DNA of 63,596 nucleotides, filler included, from Basidiobolus ranarum (GCA_040143965.1; 50 parts of 50 records of this genome joined end to end with filler, not necessarily neighbours in it); one strand, 5' to 3'. Positions 23,008-36,924 are shown, counted from the whole stretch's first letter. Made by a program: numbers and translations. Notes: a model not told the origin generated them from the letters alone.

Positions 23008-24183
23008 AAAGGGCTCTTTTCAATGTGCTCATTGGTTTTTGCATTGTTTGAGCACAATAACAGCCACAAAACCCAATCCATGTACATAGAGTAAGTACCT
23101 CTATAATTTGGATTAATTAGTTTGTGTGATTATCTGGTGGTGTTTCCAAGAAAGCGGCTAGATAGACTTCTTGGTGAGATAGAACAATATACATGGTATT
23201 ATTATTTTAGCCATGGGGTAAGCTATTCAAGCAGCAACACACTTACTTGGGGCAGGATATTTGTTGACTGCAAGTTGGGAATATATTGGCTGTATTCTTT
23301 ACAAAAATTTGCCAAAATCCAAGAGCTAATTCTCATTGTGAGTAATAACAAGAGTCACCTGTTTGCCAAATGTCAGTGCTGTTCAAAATTCAGATGTTCA
23401 GCAATTTTTCCACCATTTGTTTACTGGTACAGCATATTAATGGTGTTGAGTTATGTCTGATCAGTCAAGTATGTGCATATGTAGAGACCAAACACAAGAA
23501 CATTCTTATATTTTTTGATTCCCATTATGGCTGGAATACAAAACCTAAAATTTCTAAATAAAGGCATGCATATTAATTCACATTCCTGCAGCAGTAAACC
23601 CAGTGATTTGCCATTTGAAAAATATATTTTTGCAAAAATTGCCGGAAATTAAATAATGCATGCCAAATATGAGGATCAATATTTCGGATGTATGAATACC
23701 ATCAAAATACCATCAAGAAAATGCCATCACATCATCAAAAACCTTGGCAGAATGCAAGCCAACAATATTGTGATGGTTCTCTGACAGTTTTGCACTTCCT
23801 GAGGATGGATCTGATCCTGATCAAATCAATTTTATTTTGTTAAGGCAAAATTCAAGAAACCACAGAGCTACCACAGGTATATGACCAGAATGATATAGGT
23901 AGAAATGCAACTTTGGTCAAACCAGTAAGTCCAGACAACTTTGAGGGCATGCTGCTAGATGTTGACCTTGGTTATTCCAGTACTGATGGTAGTATATCAG
24001 AAGTTGAAGAAGAAGACAATGGTTTTGTTACAGACTCTTTGTTATTGACAAGAATTAGTCAACTCATAACACTTACAGTAAAGGAAGCAGCTTCAATTAT
24101 TGAGGAGTGGAGAGTTCAATCCAATCTTAGCAACCAGGTGTTTATTGGTTTTCTTACACTTTTACTACAGTTGATTGGCAACT
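23008..24183 (+). mobile_element. CACTA transposase 3' end and right terminus (to ~23845), abutting the N-terminal region of another copy
   Basis: DSHYGWNTKPKISK*, gatcaaatcaattttattttgttaagg, then VKPVSPDNFE...IIEEWRVQSNLS. Confidence 0.87.
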
Positions 24184-24283
24184 NNNNNNNNNNNNNNNNN
24201 NNNNNNNNNNNNNNNNNNNNNNNNNNNTTAATTAATTAANNNNNNNNNNNNNNNNNNNNNNNNNNNNNNNNNNNNNNNNNNNN

Positions 24284-24457
24284 AATATGGAATTGCTAAT
24301 TCTCACATTATTCACATATATATATATAATATATGTTCCAATTTTCAGCTAAGTGATATTTGACCAAGTAATGTTAACTACTTATATGTGATATATGAAA
24401 TAGTTAGGTGTATAAAGATAGAAATGACAAATATGATAAAGAAAATATACTTCAACA
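24284..24457 (-). repeat. LTR type 3 5' part
   Basis: Reverse complement of 18050-18222. Confidence 0.87.
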
Positions 24458-24599
24458 CTTTGAGGCAATGGCTTCAACCCTGGCCTTTAGTGCATTTCTC
24501 CCCTGACCAAGCATTTCCTTTGCAGTAATTTTGCCAGTTCATCTACCAAAAGGTTCGTAAGTTTTGGTTGAAATATGAATTCTGGAATCAATGAGTGAC

Positions 24600-24975
24600 A
24601 CATATAAGTAGAAAGGTACATCTGAGTTATATGATTTACTCTGAAACTGCAGGAAAATAGGACTTGACCAATATATCCATCCCACTTGTGTGTTGCTCTA
24701 TTTTCACACTAAAAGAGCATCTTACCAAAGAGTGCATTTGCTCTTTTAGTGACTCCATTGATTTTTGGATGATAGGAAGAGGTCTTAAAATACTTGATAT
24801 TTTGAAGTTTCAAAAAGGCCTTGATTGCTTTTGCCATAAAGTTAGCACCTTTATGCAACTGAATATCAACAGGGCATCCAAAGTTCTTCAAAATATTTTG
24901 AGAAATGAAGGTTGTAACTTTTTCTTAACCGCTAATTAGTACTGCTTTGGCAACTGGCCACTTGGTGCATGGTGA
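24600..24975 (-). mobile_element. Ty3/Gypsy integrase core fragment
   Basis: TKWPVAKA...FGCP..I...KGANF...TSSYHPKINGVTKRAN (rve pattern). Confidence 0.82.
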
Positions 24976-25558
24976 AAGGAAACAAGAATCTGTTAGTTGC
25001 TTCTTCTTGTAGTGTGTAGTCTTCTTAAGAAGTGAATTTTCTAACTTTCCAATGGTCCTACTGGCACTTAAGTGATTAATTTGGCATGCCTCTAAGTTTG
25101 ACTCTGATTGATTTTATCACCAAGGCAAGTTTTGGCTAATTTCCCTATGTCTCTGTTCATTCTATGCCTCTTTGCTCTGGCCTTTGATGGGCTGAGTGTT
25201 CCTCCAATTCCTGGAAGTGCATTGCCATTATCATTAACAAAAATAAAATTGAATTAATTCCAATTTGATCCACCCTGCTGAAGCTCAAATCCATCAGAGG
25301 ACCATCATAATATTGTTGACTTTCATTCTGCCAGAGCTGTTGGTGGTGAGATGGTGACTTCTTAACAGCACTATGATTGTTATTATACATGGTGACATAC
25401 TGATTCTTATATTTGGCATCCATTATTTAATTTTCAAAAAGTATTGGAAAAATTCAATNNNNNNNNNNNNNNNNNNNNNNNNNNNNNNNNNNNNNNNNNN
25501 NNTTAATTAATTAANNNNNNNNNNNNNNNNNNNNNNNNNNNNNNNNNNNNNNNNNNNN

Positions 25559-25993
25559 AGGGTATCCGCCAGATAGCTGGAAGAATGTTGATTCAGCAAT
25601 GTTGATACAATGGTGGGCTTTGATGGAGATATTGACACAAACTTGTGTTGGGTATGAGTTAAACCTTGGGTATGAAGAACTCTATAAAATATTCAGGAGA
25701 ATATATCAAAGAGACTAGGGATTTGGGAGGTGACAAATTAGCATTCAAGTGGTAATTGTGTAGAATTTGAGTTACGTTTTTTGCACATGTGTTGATCCAT
25801 AGTTCTCTGAGATTGTAGCCAATCATGCACAACTATTTTGCAAGATCTTGAAATTTCACTGCTGAAACTGAAAAAATTGATTGAAATCAAATCTAACTTG
25901 ATGATTTTATGATGGTAAGTAAACATTCAATCCCAAATGGATTAAAATTGTGATGTTTTTCCTAAGATCACAATCCTCAAATTTCTGTTAGGG
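25559..25993 (-). mobile_element. CACTA left end (putative ORF2 C-terminus on + strand, TIR ending 25993)
   Basis: GYPPDSWKNVDSAMLIQWWALMEIL...; cctcaaatttctgttaggg. Confidence 0.87.
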
Positions 25994-26733
25994 CATCATT
26001 CATCACTGAAGCTAGATAATTCTCACTTACTTGAAGCCTGGTATGGAAGCTCTGCCCACTTTTGCTACCGTTATTAGTGCACTGAGATCCAATTGGGCAA
26101 TAGTCTTGTAGTAACAAAACAAATTGACTAGCTGCTTTCTGGTAGTTATCAGAGTCTATGAGCAACAGTATTTCTCAAATCAGCTTCTAGGGTGATGATA
26201 GGAAAGACAGTAGTTGCTTTTGGGTTAATGACAAATGACCATTTAGAGTAGATGGAGAGCATGATATTAATTTTGTATTGAGCTGGCACAATACTGATCA
26301 ATCTGGCATGCACAAGTTATTTATCAAAGAATTTTAATTATCATGGTAAAATCCCCTAAATTCTGTATAATAAAATTTCTTTTTGCGTTATTATCCTAAT
26401 TATTTCATTGTGTGTAATTGCATGGAAATTTTATAATAAACTACATCAGCAAAGTTAATCATATTTGATCCAAATTAATTTATTTAGTACATGTATTGAA
26501 ACGGCTCAAAGCAGAATGCATTATGCTTGATCACACTATAAGAAATTAACTTTGACTTTTTTAGCAATAATATAAGAAGATCCCTGATTCTGATTGAAAC
26601 AAATAAAGTCTAAAATCATAGATATATATGGTAGTTATGTATCATGTCAAAATAGATTCTTCCTGATTCACAACCTACTTTGGTACAGAGAACCACCACT
26701 CCCTAAATTTCATGCATGCAGTCAAATGAAGGT
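25994..26733 (-). mobile_element. Harbinger/ISL2EU-like element, 5' region and transposase N-terminus
   Basis: Collinear with 34880-35630. Confidence 0.82.
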
Positions 26734-26833
26734 NNNNNNNNNNNNNNNNNNNNNNNNNNNNNNNNNNNNNNNNNNNNTTAATTAATTAANNNNNNNNNNN
26801 NNNNNNNNNNNNNNNNNNNNNNNNNNNNNNNNN

Positions 26834-27054
26834 TGTAGAATATGTTAAGGAAGGTCCCAGGAACATGTGTGCAAAGTTTGGGGCTTCTAGCACAAGTTTG
26901 AAAAATCTATATATCTGAGAACTTCTAAGTTGGTAAAAATATTTTAAGTAAATTCCAATTGAGAATAATTGATAATATATTAGTGAATTATAAGATAACT
27001 ATGTACTAAGCTATATATGACTATATAGTTGCTTAGGCAATGTGAACTTCAACA
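26834..27054 (-). repeat. LTR type 1 partial
   Basis: Ends aacttcaaca. Confidence 0.88.
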
Positions 27055-27653
27055 GAGAATTCAATATGAATGAACCATTTAAGATAGGATCAGAGTTTGA
27101 ATCAATTGGGAAAATGCTTGAAAACATTAAGATACCATTATATTTTACCATGACTCCCATCAATATCCACTCATCTATGCATTTATTCCAATGCAGAGAC
27201 TGGAAGTAATGGATTTGTATATATTCAAGTGGAATCTTGAAAAGATTTCTGCCTGATAACTATTGGCAACATTGGGAGATATGTGCATATATACAGACTA
27301 AATACAATGAGATTCTTGTACTTTTTGATTCTCATTATGGCTGGAATACAAAGCCAAAAATATTTAATTAATGGCATGCATAACAATTCAAATTCCTACA
27401 GCAGTAAACCCAGTGATTTGCCATTCAAAAATTATATTTTTGCAAAAATTGCCATGAATTAATAATGCATGCCAAATATGAGGTTCATAGATTAGCATGT
27501 ATGAATACCATCAAAATACCATCAAAAAACTGCCATCACACTACAAAATCCCTGACAGAATGCAAGCCATCACTATTGTGATGGTTCTCTCATGGTTTGC
27601 AAGCTAGAAGGGTGGTTCTGATCTGGATTGAATCAATTTTATTTTTGTTAGGG
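27055..27653 (+). mobile_element. Internally deleted CACTA copy with right terminus
   Basis: Transposase jumps from WQHWE to the last-exon tail near 27280; ends atttttgttaggg. Confidence 0.85.
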
Positions 27654-28007
27654 TCTTGACCAGTTTGTGATAATCCCCCTTGATGATATCTTGGTCTTCT
27701 CAATTTCTCAAGAAGAACATAATATTCATATTTCCCAAGTCCATGAAAAGTTGAAAACCTCCGGTCTCTATGCTAAACTTGACAAAGGTGAATTTGGCTA
27801 AGCTCAAGTCGAATTCCTTGGATGTAACATCAGCCCATCAGGCATCTCCATGGAGCCTAAGAGGGTTGAATCTGTTCTGCCTTGGGATATACCTAATAAT
27901 ATGAAGGATGTCCAATCCTTCCTTGGATTTGAAAACTTTTACCAATGGTTTGTCAAGAACTACTCCAAAATATCTGCTCCATTAACAAACCTTACAAAGA
28001 AAGAACT
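27654..28007 (+). mobile_element. Ty3/Gypsy (chromovirus-like) RT fragment
   Basis: LDQFVIIPLDDILVFS...EFLG...KDVQSFLGFENFY..FVKNYSKISAPLTNLTKK. Confidence 0.92.
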
Positions 28008-28107
28008 NNNNNNNNNNNNNNNNNNNNNNNNNNNNNNNNNNNNNNNNNNNNTTAATTAATTAANNNNNNNNNNNNNNNNNNNNNNNNNNNNNNNNNNNNN
28101 NNNNNNN

Positions 28108-29155
28108 TATGCCTGTTAGAGTAAACTCCATTGATTTGACAAAATCTACAGCAAGATAGTGCATTGTGCCTGTGAAAACCTCCAAGTTTACTGATGGCAG
28201 GAGTGTCACCCATACATATAATGATATTAGCTTTAATAAATATTTGCCTATCTGAACCTCATTAGATAACTGTTCAAATTCCACAATCAAAGGCTCCAAG
28301 AAGCTATCTATAAGCACTAGTGATTTAGGTCCAGATATGATGGATAGTTTCAAAATATTATGACTCTTATACCATTCAGAAGGAGGAAGATTTAAGTTGA
28401 TTAAAATTATTGGCCAGCAAGCCTTTCCAACAGTATATTTGTTTAGTGAGAAATCATCAAGAGTCAATGCAAATGCATGATCATACATGTTCTCCAAGAA
28501 ACCTTGATATTTTAGATTCTGGTAGTGATATCCATCCAGTATATTGGTAATACCATCAGCTTTACAGTGAGTACATTGGTATTGGATCCATGATCTATAT
28601 TTGGGTGATTTCATCAAAACTTTAAGATGGGGAAGCATCAGTATGTAAGCTGAATATTAATTATATTTATCTGATTCAGTGATTGCCAATTGTGTGCATG
28701 CAGCACATGACTTCAGGTTCTTCAGATCACTGGTGAAAGCCAAGCAATCTTTTGGACATGAAAGTAGTTTAATTACTGAAGGATTACATGTCACACAATT
28801 GCCAAGTGTTTTCCACTTGTACCAGGTCTGTGGCAAGCTACAGTTGCCAATCAACTTTGGTAAAAGTGTAAGAAAACCAATCAACACCTGGTTGCTAACA
28901 TTGGATTGAACTTTCCACTCCTCAATAATCAAAGCTGCTTCCTTTACTGTATGTGTTATGAGTGGACTAATGTTTGCCAATAACAAAGAGTCCATCACAA
29001 AACCATTGTCTCCTTCTTCACCTTCTGCTATACTACAATCAGTATTGGAATAACCAAGGTCAACATCTAGCCGCAAGTCCACAAAGTTATCTGGACTTAC
29101 TGGTTTGACCAAAGTTGCATTTTGACCTTCATCATTCTGGTCATAGAACTGTAGT
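28108..29155 (-). mobile_element. CACTA transposase fragment
   Basis: CPKDCLAFT, CWPIILINLNLPPSE, DSFLEPL. Confidence 0.9.
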
Positions 29156-29281
29156 CCCTAACAGAAATTAGAGGATTGTTATCGTAGGAAAACCGTCACA
29201 ATTTTAATCCATTTGGGGTTGACCGTTTACTTACCATCATAAAAACGTCAAGTTAGATTTGATTTTAATCAATTTTTTCAG
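29156..29281 (+). mobile_element. CACTA left terminus adjoining own-family transposase
   Basis: ccctaacagaaattagagg...aaaccgtcacaatt. Confidence 0.87.
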
Positions 29282-29381
29282 NNNNNNNNNNNNNNNNNNN
29301 NNNNNNNNNNNNNNNNNNNNNNNNNTTAATTAATTAANNNNNNNNNNNNNNNNNNNNNNNNNNNNNNNNNNNNNNNNNNNN

Positions 29382-30325
29382 AAGCAAAGTTCCTTCCATA
29401 GAAATATCAAGGAGACAACAAAAGTAACAGAAGAAATTCAGCATGTCCTGTTTCAAACCTAGGCTGCTGCTGAATACTCTTGTTGAGACTTACATTATCC
29501 TATCTTTACTCTTTAGCACATCATGTGAAATCTATATGGATTGCAGTTAAATATAGCATAAATTGCTTTAGTTAGATCACAATTGCTTATGTGTTTGTGA
29601 AACACTGATAGTGTGGAATCATCATTTATCAAAAAAATCAATGATACCCTATTAATACAAGCAATTTCACTACAATCAAATGAAAAATGTCTGTCGATAA
29701 AAAGCTTGCGCAGCCATATTGGCTCAATATGGCTCAATCTATTCACATTTTCACCCAATTAGAAGCTTACATGATTGAATGAATAAATAGCTGATCTAAA
29801 AATGATGAATCAAGCAATCCTGAGCACTACTATAATACTGCAGATTGATCCATCATCAAGTGCTGTGATTTGTCCCTGCTGTGCCAAAACTACTGGTGTT
29901 TTGTGATGCAGGGGCTGTTGTACCCAATTGAAATTCAGGATACTGTGCTAGTGAGGGACACATGATTGGCCTAGAAACATGCAAATGTCTTGGTTATACA
30001 TTTGATTGGATAAGCTACAGTAAAAATTGTTTATTGTTACACATTCAGTAATTTGAAAGTTACAAACTAGGGGATGAACTTACTTTGTCAGTTACTCAAA
30101 ATTGTAATTTGGCAATACTGAATCAGGTAACTTGGTATGGGATGGCACAATATCTCCAATAAAATCACCATGTCCAATTGTGGTGGGATAGTGCCATATT
30201 GTTCCTTATAGTGTCCAATCAAGCGTTATAGGACCCAGCCATGGTAATTAACAGATCGCGCCAGATGATGTACTAGCAGGCTGGATTGAGCAGCACAATC
30301 TGACCTGGTCCAATGGAACAAGTCT
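29382..30325 (-). repeat. Second copy of the region downstream of the Harbinger-like transposase
   Basis: Collinear with 19514-20355; followed by CACTA left-end and ORF2 scraps (30326-30555). Confidence 0.8.
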
Positions 30326-30828
30326 TATGATGAAAAATAAACAGTCAATCCAAAATGGTTTGCAATTGAGACAGTTTTCCTACAATAACAATGCATCAGC
30401 TAAATCAGTGATGGAGGCAGTTGAGCTAGTATAGGCCTATTCATGAAATATCTCAAAAATGTGCGCAATTATTGACTTGGAAAAGAAAGAAAAGTAGCTA
30501 AAGAAGTACTGAAGGAGCAGGAAGTTAGTAAACCCAACGGAAAAGCAAAGGAGCCNNNNNNNNNNNNNNNNNNNNNNNNNNNNNNNNNNNNNNNNNNNNT
30601 TAATTAATTAANNNNNNNNNNNNNNNNNNNNNNNNNNNNNNNNNNNNNNNNNNNNATCAATACCACGCAGTAGTACTTCAACAGAAGAGGTTTATTGTGA
30701 ATATATTAGAAATTATATTAAAATAATCGGTATTTTGACCTTACAAGGTTTGCGTATTGTATGGTATGCCAAAAATGATGAAGTTTCACTTGGATCAGTA
30801 GTCATACGAGGCAGTTGCTATGGAGAAC

Positions 30829-31688
30829 CTATTGGCGCATGTAGGCGACCAAAGCAGCTGGGATCAATGCGACAACACCAGAGATAGTAAGAGCATTACC
30901 AGCGCTCTTACCGGTGGGAGCAGTAATGACGGTGGAAGAGGAACGGGTTGATGAGGTAACGGCAGATGAGGCAGAGCCAGTAGGCTTTGATGATGCAGAG
31001 GAGATGGATGAGCTACCGGATGTGCTTGCCTTGGCAGTTCCAGTGACCGAGGCAGATCCTGATGCGGAGGAGGATACGGTTGCTGAGCCGGATGCACTAA
31101 CTGATGCGGAGGCAGAAGCAGCGGAGGTGCTGGCACTGGAGTGATCACCAGTGTGGCTGCTTGCAGAGGATTGTGCTGATTCTGGAGCCTCGCTAGGCAA
31201 TGAAGCTACTGACACACTTGGCTCTGAGGCACCATCAGCATTGACATTGAAATAGTGAGAATACTTGACAACATCTCCACTTCCAGCACGAACAGCATAG
31301 AGGGTGCTTGGAGTGACTCCCTCAGGTACAGTCCAGGTGTATGTTCCAGCGCTTGAGTCGATACCAGAGGCAATGGTCTGGCTCACTTGGAGAAGAGCTG
31401 GGTCACCAACCATCAAGGCGAGGTCAATCTTGGCTGGAGTAGTGGTTCCTGGTACTTCGATCCTGAATGAGAGATTTGTTAGATTGATATTCACAAAATG
31501 GGAAGATGAAGATGAGGACTCTACATCCTCCCCTCACTAAATTTCATATATACTTACCAAGAGATGGTAACGGTCTTTCCAGGAGCCCATTCAGTTCCCT
31601 CAACTGGCTCAACAATGGAGTAGTCAGCGCTAACTGCATTGGCTAACAAAGCAAGGGCAGCGATGGATGAAAGAGTTTTAGAGAACAT
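30829..31688 (-). CDS. Secreted Ser/Thr-rich GPI-anchored cell-wall protein, Kre9/Knh1-like N-terminal domain (254 aa; exons 31688-31558, 31462-30829)
   Basis: Signal peptide MFSKTLSSIAALALLANAVSA, W..GKTVTISW / GTYTWTVP / YSHYFNV motifs, S/T/A-rich stalk, hydrophobic C-tail after SAGN; 95-nt GTAAGT..CTAAC..CAG intron. Confidence 0.9.
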
Positions 31689-31758
31689 TGTTGTGTAGTA
31701 GTGAAGAGAGTGAGATAGCAAAGGATGACTGGCTATTTAATAATGGTAAGCGTCTTGG

Positions 31759-31765
31759 TTTTATA
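31759..31765 (-). promoter_or_regulatory. Candidate TATA box of the GPI-protein gene
   Basis: TATAAAA ~70 nt upstream of the ATG. Confidence 0.45.
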
Positions 31766-31929
31766 GGTTTAGCATAAGGTAGTAGCATGCAGGTAACTCG
31801 AGCTTTCATTGGTAAAGATATCACAAGCANNNNNNNNNNNNNNNNNNNNNNNNNNNNNNNNNNNNNNNNNNNNTTAATTAATTAANNNNNNNNNNNNNNN
31901 NNNNNNNNNNNNNNNNNNNNNNNNNNNNN

Positions 31930-33103
31930 AGTTATGGCTCCATTACCATGGAGAAAAGTGTACCCAGTTGTTGATCTTCTATCATCAAGGTTTCTTCCCC
32001 AGTCTGCATCTCAATAGCCTTCAAGATTTCATGCATCTGGAGTAGCAGAGTATTTCAGAACTAGATCTATAGTTCCTCCCAAATACCCAAACATCTGTAT
32101 TACTGCAGCTTTGTGCTCAGATCCTGAATTTTTGAGATTTGGTTGACAGTTCCTACTGCCACAGCAATGTCTGGATGTGTTCCAACCATTGTATAAATTG
32201 AACTAACCATCATGGATTGATAAGGGAACTCCTGGCTAAGATTTGAGTCATTTTGAGCCAAATTGGATGAAATTTGACTAATTTCACATTTGGATCCATT
32301 AGTGTTGATACTGGTTTGCTATTCTCCAGGTTGAAGTGCTTTAGGATATCTAGTATTTCTCTAGAATGATTCATCATGATTGTCTGATTGCATTTATCTC
32401 TCTTGATTTAGATTCCAAGGAAATAACTTAGTTACCCATAGCAGTCATCCAAAATTGGCTAAGATAAAGATCTTATTTCTAGTTGTTTTGATATAGATAA
32501 TGTGATCTTCTGTGCATTTTTGGAAGCCTAGTGATTCCAAATAGGTATCTATCCTTTTGCATCATGCCATGGGAGCTTGCTTAAGTCCATATAGCAATTT
32601 TGTAGTTTACAGACCATAGCAAGGTGTTTTGAGTCACCAAATCCATTTGGTTGCTCCATATAAATCTCTTCTTCTAGATTTCCATTCAGAGAGGTTGTTT
32701 TTATAACTGTTTGATGTAAATCCCAGTCATGGATGGTGGACAGGGCCAGGATTGATCTTATGGAGCTAAGCTTAGCTATGGGAGCAAAAGTTTCTTTAAA
32801 ATCATCTTCTGGAGTCTGGGAATAACCTTTTGCAGCTAATATTGGTTAGCATCTTTGTATGGGTCCATCAGCTTTGTTTTTGACATTGTAAACCCATTTG
32901 CACCCTATTGGCTTTCTCCCTGATAGCAGAGAACTTAAACCCTCATTTTATTGGTGTGAAGTGAGGAAAACTCATCTGACATTGCTTTTTCCCATAATTT
33001 TGATTCTGTACACTCCAGAGCTTGATCTGAAGTCCATTGCTCATCACATAATGCTGTAAATGCATACCCCTGCTCATGGGAGTAGTTAACCCAGTTGCCT
33101 GGC
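31930..33103 (-). mobile_element. Ty1/Copia RT pseudogene
   Basis: GCKWVY, AKGYSQ, ETFAPIAKLSSIR, LYGLKQAP, DADWG remnants. Confidence 0.9.
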
Positions 33104-33203
33104 NNNNNNNNNNNNNNNNNNNNNNNNNNNNNNNNNNNNNNNNNNNNTTAATTAATTAANNNNNNNNNNNNNNNNNNNNNNNNNNNNNNNNNNNNNNNNN
33201 NNN

Positions 33204-34162
33204 ATAAGATAACTAAGTATTAAGCTATATATGACTATATAGGTGCTTAGGCAATGCTAATTTCAACACTCTCCCTCAACTAAATAGTCATATAAACTAA
33301 TCCTAATAAAGGTCTAAATTTCTCAAATCTCTGCCTAGCTAATGGTTTGGTTAATATATCAGCAATCATGTCTACTGTAGAACAATAAGTGAGGTCAATA
33401 AACTTATTCTCTATAGTCTCTCTAATGAAGTGATGTCTAATATATATAGATTTGCTTCTATTATGAAACATAGGATTTTTAGCTAATTTGATACAACTAT
33501 GATTATCATGAAATAATGTTGTTGGTGAATTTCACAATGGACCTAAATCTCTTAAGAGTTTTCTTAACCATATTGCTTCTTTTGTTGCTTCACAGGTAGC
33601 CATGTATTCTGCTTCTGTTGCTGAAAGTGCTATGGTAGGTTGTTTCTTTGAATTCCAAGAAATAGCTCCATTACAGCAATGAAATAAGTATCCTGTTGTA
33701 GATCTCATGTCTTCAATATCTCTTCCTCAATTTGTATCTAAATATCCCATCAGATCAAAGTTTGATCTTGAATATGAGCATTTTAAGCACAGATCCACAG
33801 TGTCTTTCAAATATTTGAAAATCCACTTAACTGCTATGATTTGATCAAATCCATAATTTTGAAGATAGTGGCACATAACTCACACAGAATATGCAATATC
33901 AGGCCATGTTCCAACCATGATATATATCAAACTAATAACCATAGATTGATAAGGAACTTTCTTGCTTTCATTTAAACCCAAGAGCATCTGATTTGGCCCA
34001 TTTTTGGTCAAGTCAAGATTTGTCTCCACAGTGGTAGATACTGGATTACATTCTTCCATTTTGAACTTCTTTAGTATATCTTGGATATACTAAGACTGGT
34101 TTACAGTTAGTGTTTTGATAGTTCTATTGGTCTTTATTTGGATTCCAAGAAAATACAACAGT
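33204..34162 (-). mobile_element. Copia 3' end: RT/RNase H, PPT (gttgagggagag) and start of 3' LTR type 1 (33268-33204)
   Basis: MIADILTKPLARQRFEKFRPLLGL*, purine tract, then tgttgaaattagc. Confidence 0.92.
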
Positions 34163-34377
34163 TGTCATGATTCTGATCTCGGCATACTGATCCACTGCAT
34201 ATGGAACTCTTCTATTAGTAGATTATGACATCATATCTACTGTGCCATCCCTTCTTGGCAATATGCTGTCAGTTCATCCAGATTACCTTATATGGAAGTC
34301 ATGTTCTTTGGAACATTCCATGAAACCTGACCAATCATGTCATCCCACACATAGTGTATTTCCGCCAAGACCTTCCA
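34163..34377 (+). repeat. LTR type 2 5' part, inserted in Copia RT
   Basis: Starts tgtcatgattctgatc. Confidence 0.87.
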
Positions 34378-34477
34378 NNNNNNNNNNNNNNNNNNNNNNN
34401 NNNNNNNNNNNNNNNNNNNNNTTAATTAATTAANNNNNNNNNNNNNNNNNNNNNNNNNNNNNNNNNNNNNNNNNNNN

Positions 34478-35651
34478 TATAAAGCTTTTGCCTCTCTGTG
34501 AGTATCCCTCCTCGGGGCCTCTTGTCAGCAATGACACATCCTAGCCTTCTGCATTCTTCCTCAACATATGCCAAATCAGCCATAGTCTTCTCATATCTTA
34601 CAAATGGTGCATGCCTCTCAACCCATAGCCTTTTGTCATTGCATCTCCCTGGATGAGGCCCACTAAACCAAATGATGTTTCCTTCCAAATCTGTCAAAGC
34701 CTGGAACTTTACACATTGCGCTTTGTACTTGCCAGAATAGAATAGCTTTTGGTTGCTTTTGGGTTTGTAAATTCTGACTGGAAATGTGTCAAGAATACTT
34801 CTGATATGAACTCTGTTGGGAAATACTCCAGGAAATGGAAGGAAATTAGAGTCTCTAGATCTTTTGTCCCAGGCATTATCCACATCATTCATCACTGAAG
34901 CTAGATAATTCTCACTTACTTAAAGCCTGGCATGAAAGCTTCTCCCACTTTTGCTACCATTAATAATGCACTCAAATCTGATTGGATAATAGTTTTTGTA
35001 GTAACAAAACAAATTGACTAGCTGCTTTTTGGTAGGTATTGGAGTATATGAGCCACAGTATTTCTCAAATATAGCCTTTAGGGTGGTGATAGGAAAGCCA
35101 GTAGTTGCATTTGGATTAATGAGGAATGACCATTTAGAGTAAATGGAGAGAATGATATTAATCTTGTAATGAGATGGCACAATACTGATTGATCTGGTGC
35201 ATGCAAGTTATTTGTCTAAGAATTTCAATTACCATGGTAAAATTCCCTACATTCCATATAATAATATTTTTGTTTGTGTTTATTATTCTAATTATTTCAA
35301 TTATGTGTAATTGCATGGAAATTATATAATAAACTGCATCAGCAAAGTTAATCATAGTTTGATCCAAATCAATTTATTTAGCGCATATATCAAAACAGCT
35401 CAAAGCGGAATGCATTATGCTTGATCACACTATAGAAAATTAACTTTGACATTTTAACCAATAAAATAAAAAGATCCCTAATTTTGATTGAAACCAATAA
35501 AGTCTAACATCATAGATATATATGGTAGTTATGTATCATGTCAAAACAGATTCTTCCTGATTCACAACCTACTTTGGTACAGGAAACCACCACTTCCAAA
35601 ATTTTGTGTGCGCAGTTGAATGAAGGTGTTGGTGGTGCAAAGCAGCACACA
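34478..35651 (-). mobile_element. PIF/Harbinger/ISL2EU-like DDE_Tnp_4 transposase (best copy, one CAA->TAA stop at ~34920) and upstream region
   Basis: ILDTFPV, FYSGKYKAQCVKFQ, SGPHPGRCND, MADLAY, KRPRGGILTERQKLY. Confidence 0.87.
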
Positions 35652-35751
35652 NNNNNNNNNNNNNNNNNNNNNNNNNNNNNNNNNNNNNNNNNNNNTTAAT
35701 TAATTAANNNNNNNNNNNNNNNNNNNNNNNNNNNNNNNNNNNNNNNNNNNN

Positions 35752-35952
35752 GGAAATACACTATGTGTGGGATGACATGATTGGTTAGGTTTCATGGAAT
35801 GTTCCAAAGAACATGACTTCCATATAAGGTAATCTGGATGAACTGCCACCAGATTGCCGAGAAGGCATGGCACAGTAGATATGATGTCATAATCTAATAA
35901 TAGAAGAGTTCCATATGCAGTGGATTAGTATGACAAGATCAGAATCATGACA
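35752..35952 (-). repeat. LTR type 2 5' part, inserted in CACTA ORF2
   Basis: Ends agaatcatgaca. Confidence 0.87.
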
Positions 35953-36924
35953 TGAACAACCCTCTGTAGAAAATTTGGATAGAATTATTACAACAAGGGA
36001 ATTGCAGGCAGAACACCATAATAATTTGTATGCAATCATAAGTAAAAACTATGAAGTTGCTATACAGGCCATGACAAGCAATAAAGCTGCAATATTGCAA
36101 TTGATGCAGTGTTTGGAAGCAACTAGTCTACAGTTAGAGAGTCACTCAACAATGATACAAGATCTTCAGAATGCTGTACTTGAGCTATAGCAACATGCTG
36201 CTCCCTCCATCCATTTTCATATGGGATTTCATTCAATCCAAGACCATGCTTATGAATGTCACCATGACAATCTAGCAGGGCAGAATATGTGTTAGACCAT
36301 TAAGCCTACAAAACCACCCAAATTGCTTGGGCTAATGAAAGTAGAAATCTCATAGGAAAACAGGCAAACCAATAGACACTGAATGCCAGAGCTGCTGTCA
36401 CTTGTTTCAATGATGAGTGGTTTAACATTTTGGAAACTGTGCGCAATTTTTGCCTAAAATCACCTGGATTTGAGCTAATTGTCAAAAAACCAAAAACCAG
36501 GCATTACTCTGAAAGTTCTTGACTTATTTCATGTGGCTTATCATGGGTTTTTGCAAGTAAAGGGCAATTGGGCTAGTATAGGTCTATTCATGAAACATCA
36601 TAAAAATGTACGCCACTATCATCTTAAAAAGGAAAGAAAAGCAACCAAACAAGTATGGAAGGAGCTGGAAGTTAGTAAACTCAAGGGAAAAGCAAAGGAG
36701 CCAGTGATTTTAGGCTCTACTGTCCCACTAACCAAATTCTTCACACCATTACAAAGATCTGCATTTCTAGAGTTAGATATACTGGCAAGAAAGCTTAATT
36801 TCACCATGGAACCGGGTACACCAGTTGGAAGAGTGCTAAATTTGGAAATTTATCCAACACCTGGCACCTCTCAACAAGCCAAACCACCAGCAAATAAAAC
36901 TCATGGCTCTCCAACCTCAATTGG
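35953..36924 (+). mobile_element. CACTA ORF2 fragment
   Basis: Homologous to 1281-2200; extends further to QQAKPPANKTHGSPTSI. Confidence 0.85.

Noticed and set aside
25157-25423. 88-aa ORF near the Gypsy integrase as a host gene
   Set aside because: CpG-depleted, interrupted context next to integrase; more likely decayed Gypsy gag, but not identifiable.
30864-31540. ORFs 30864-31148, 30914-31144 and 31304-31540
   Set aside because: Alternative-frame or antisense shadows of the GPI-anchored protein gene; the listed 31494 start lies in its intron.
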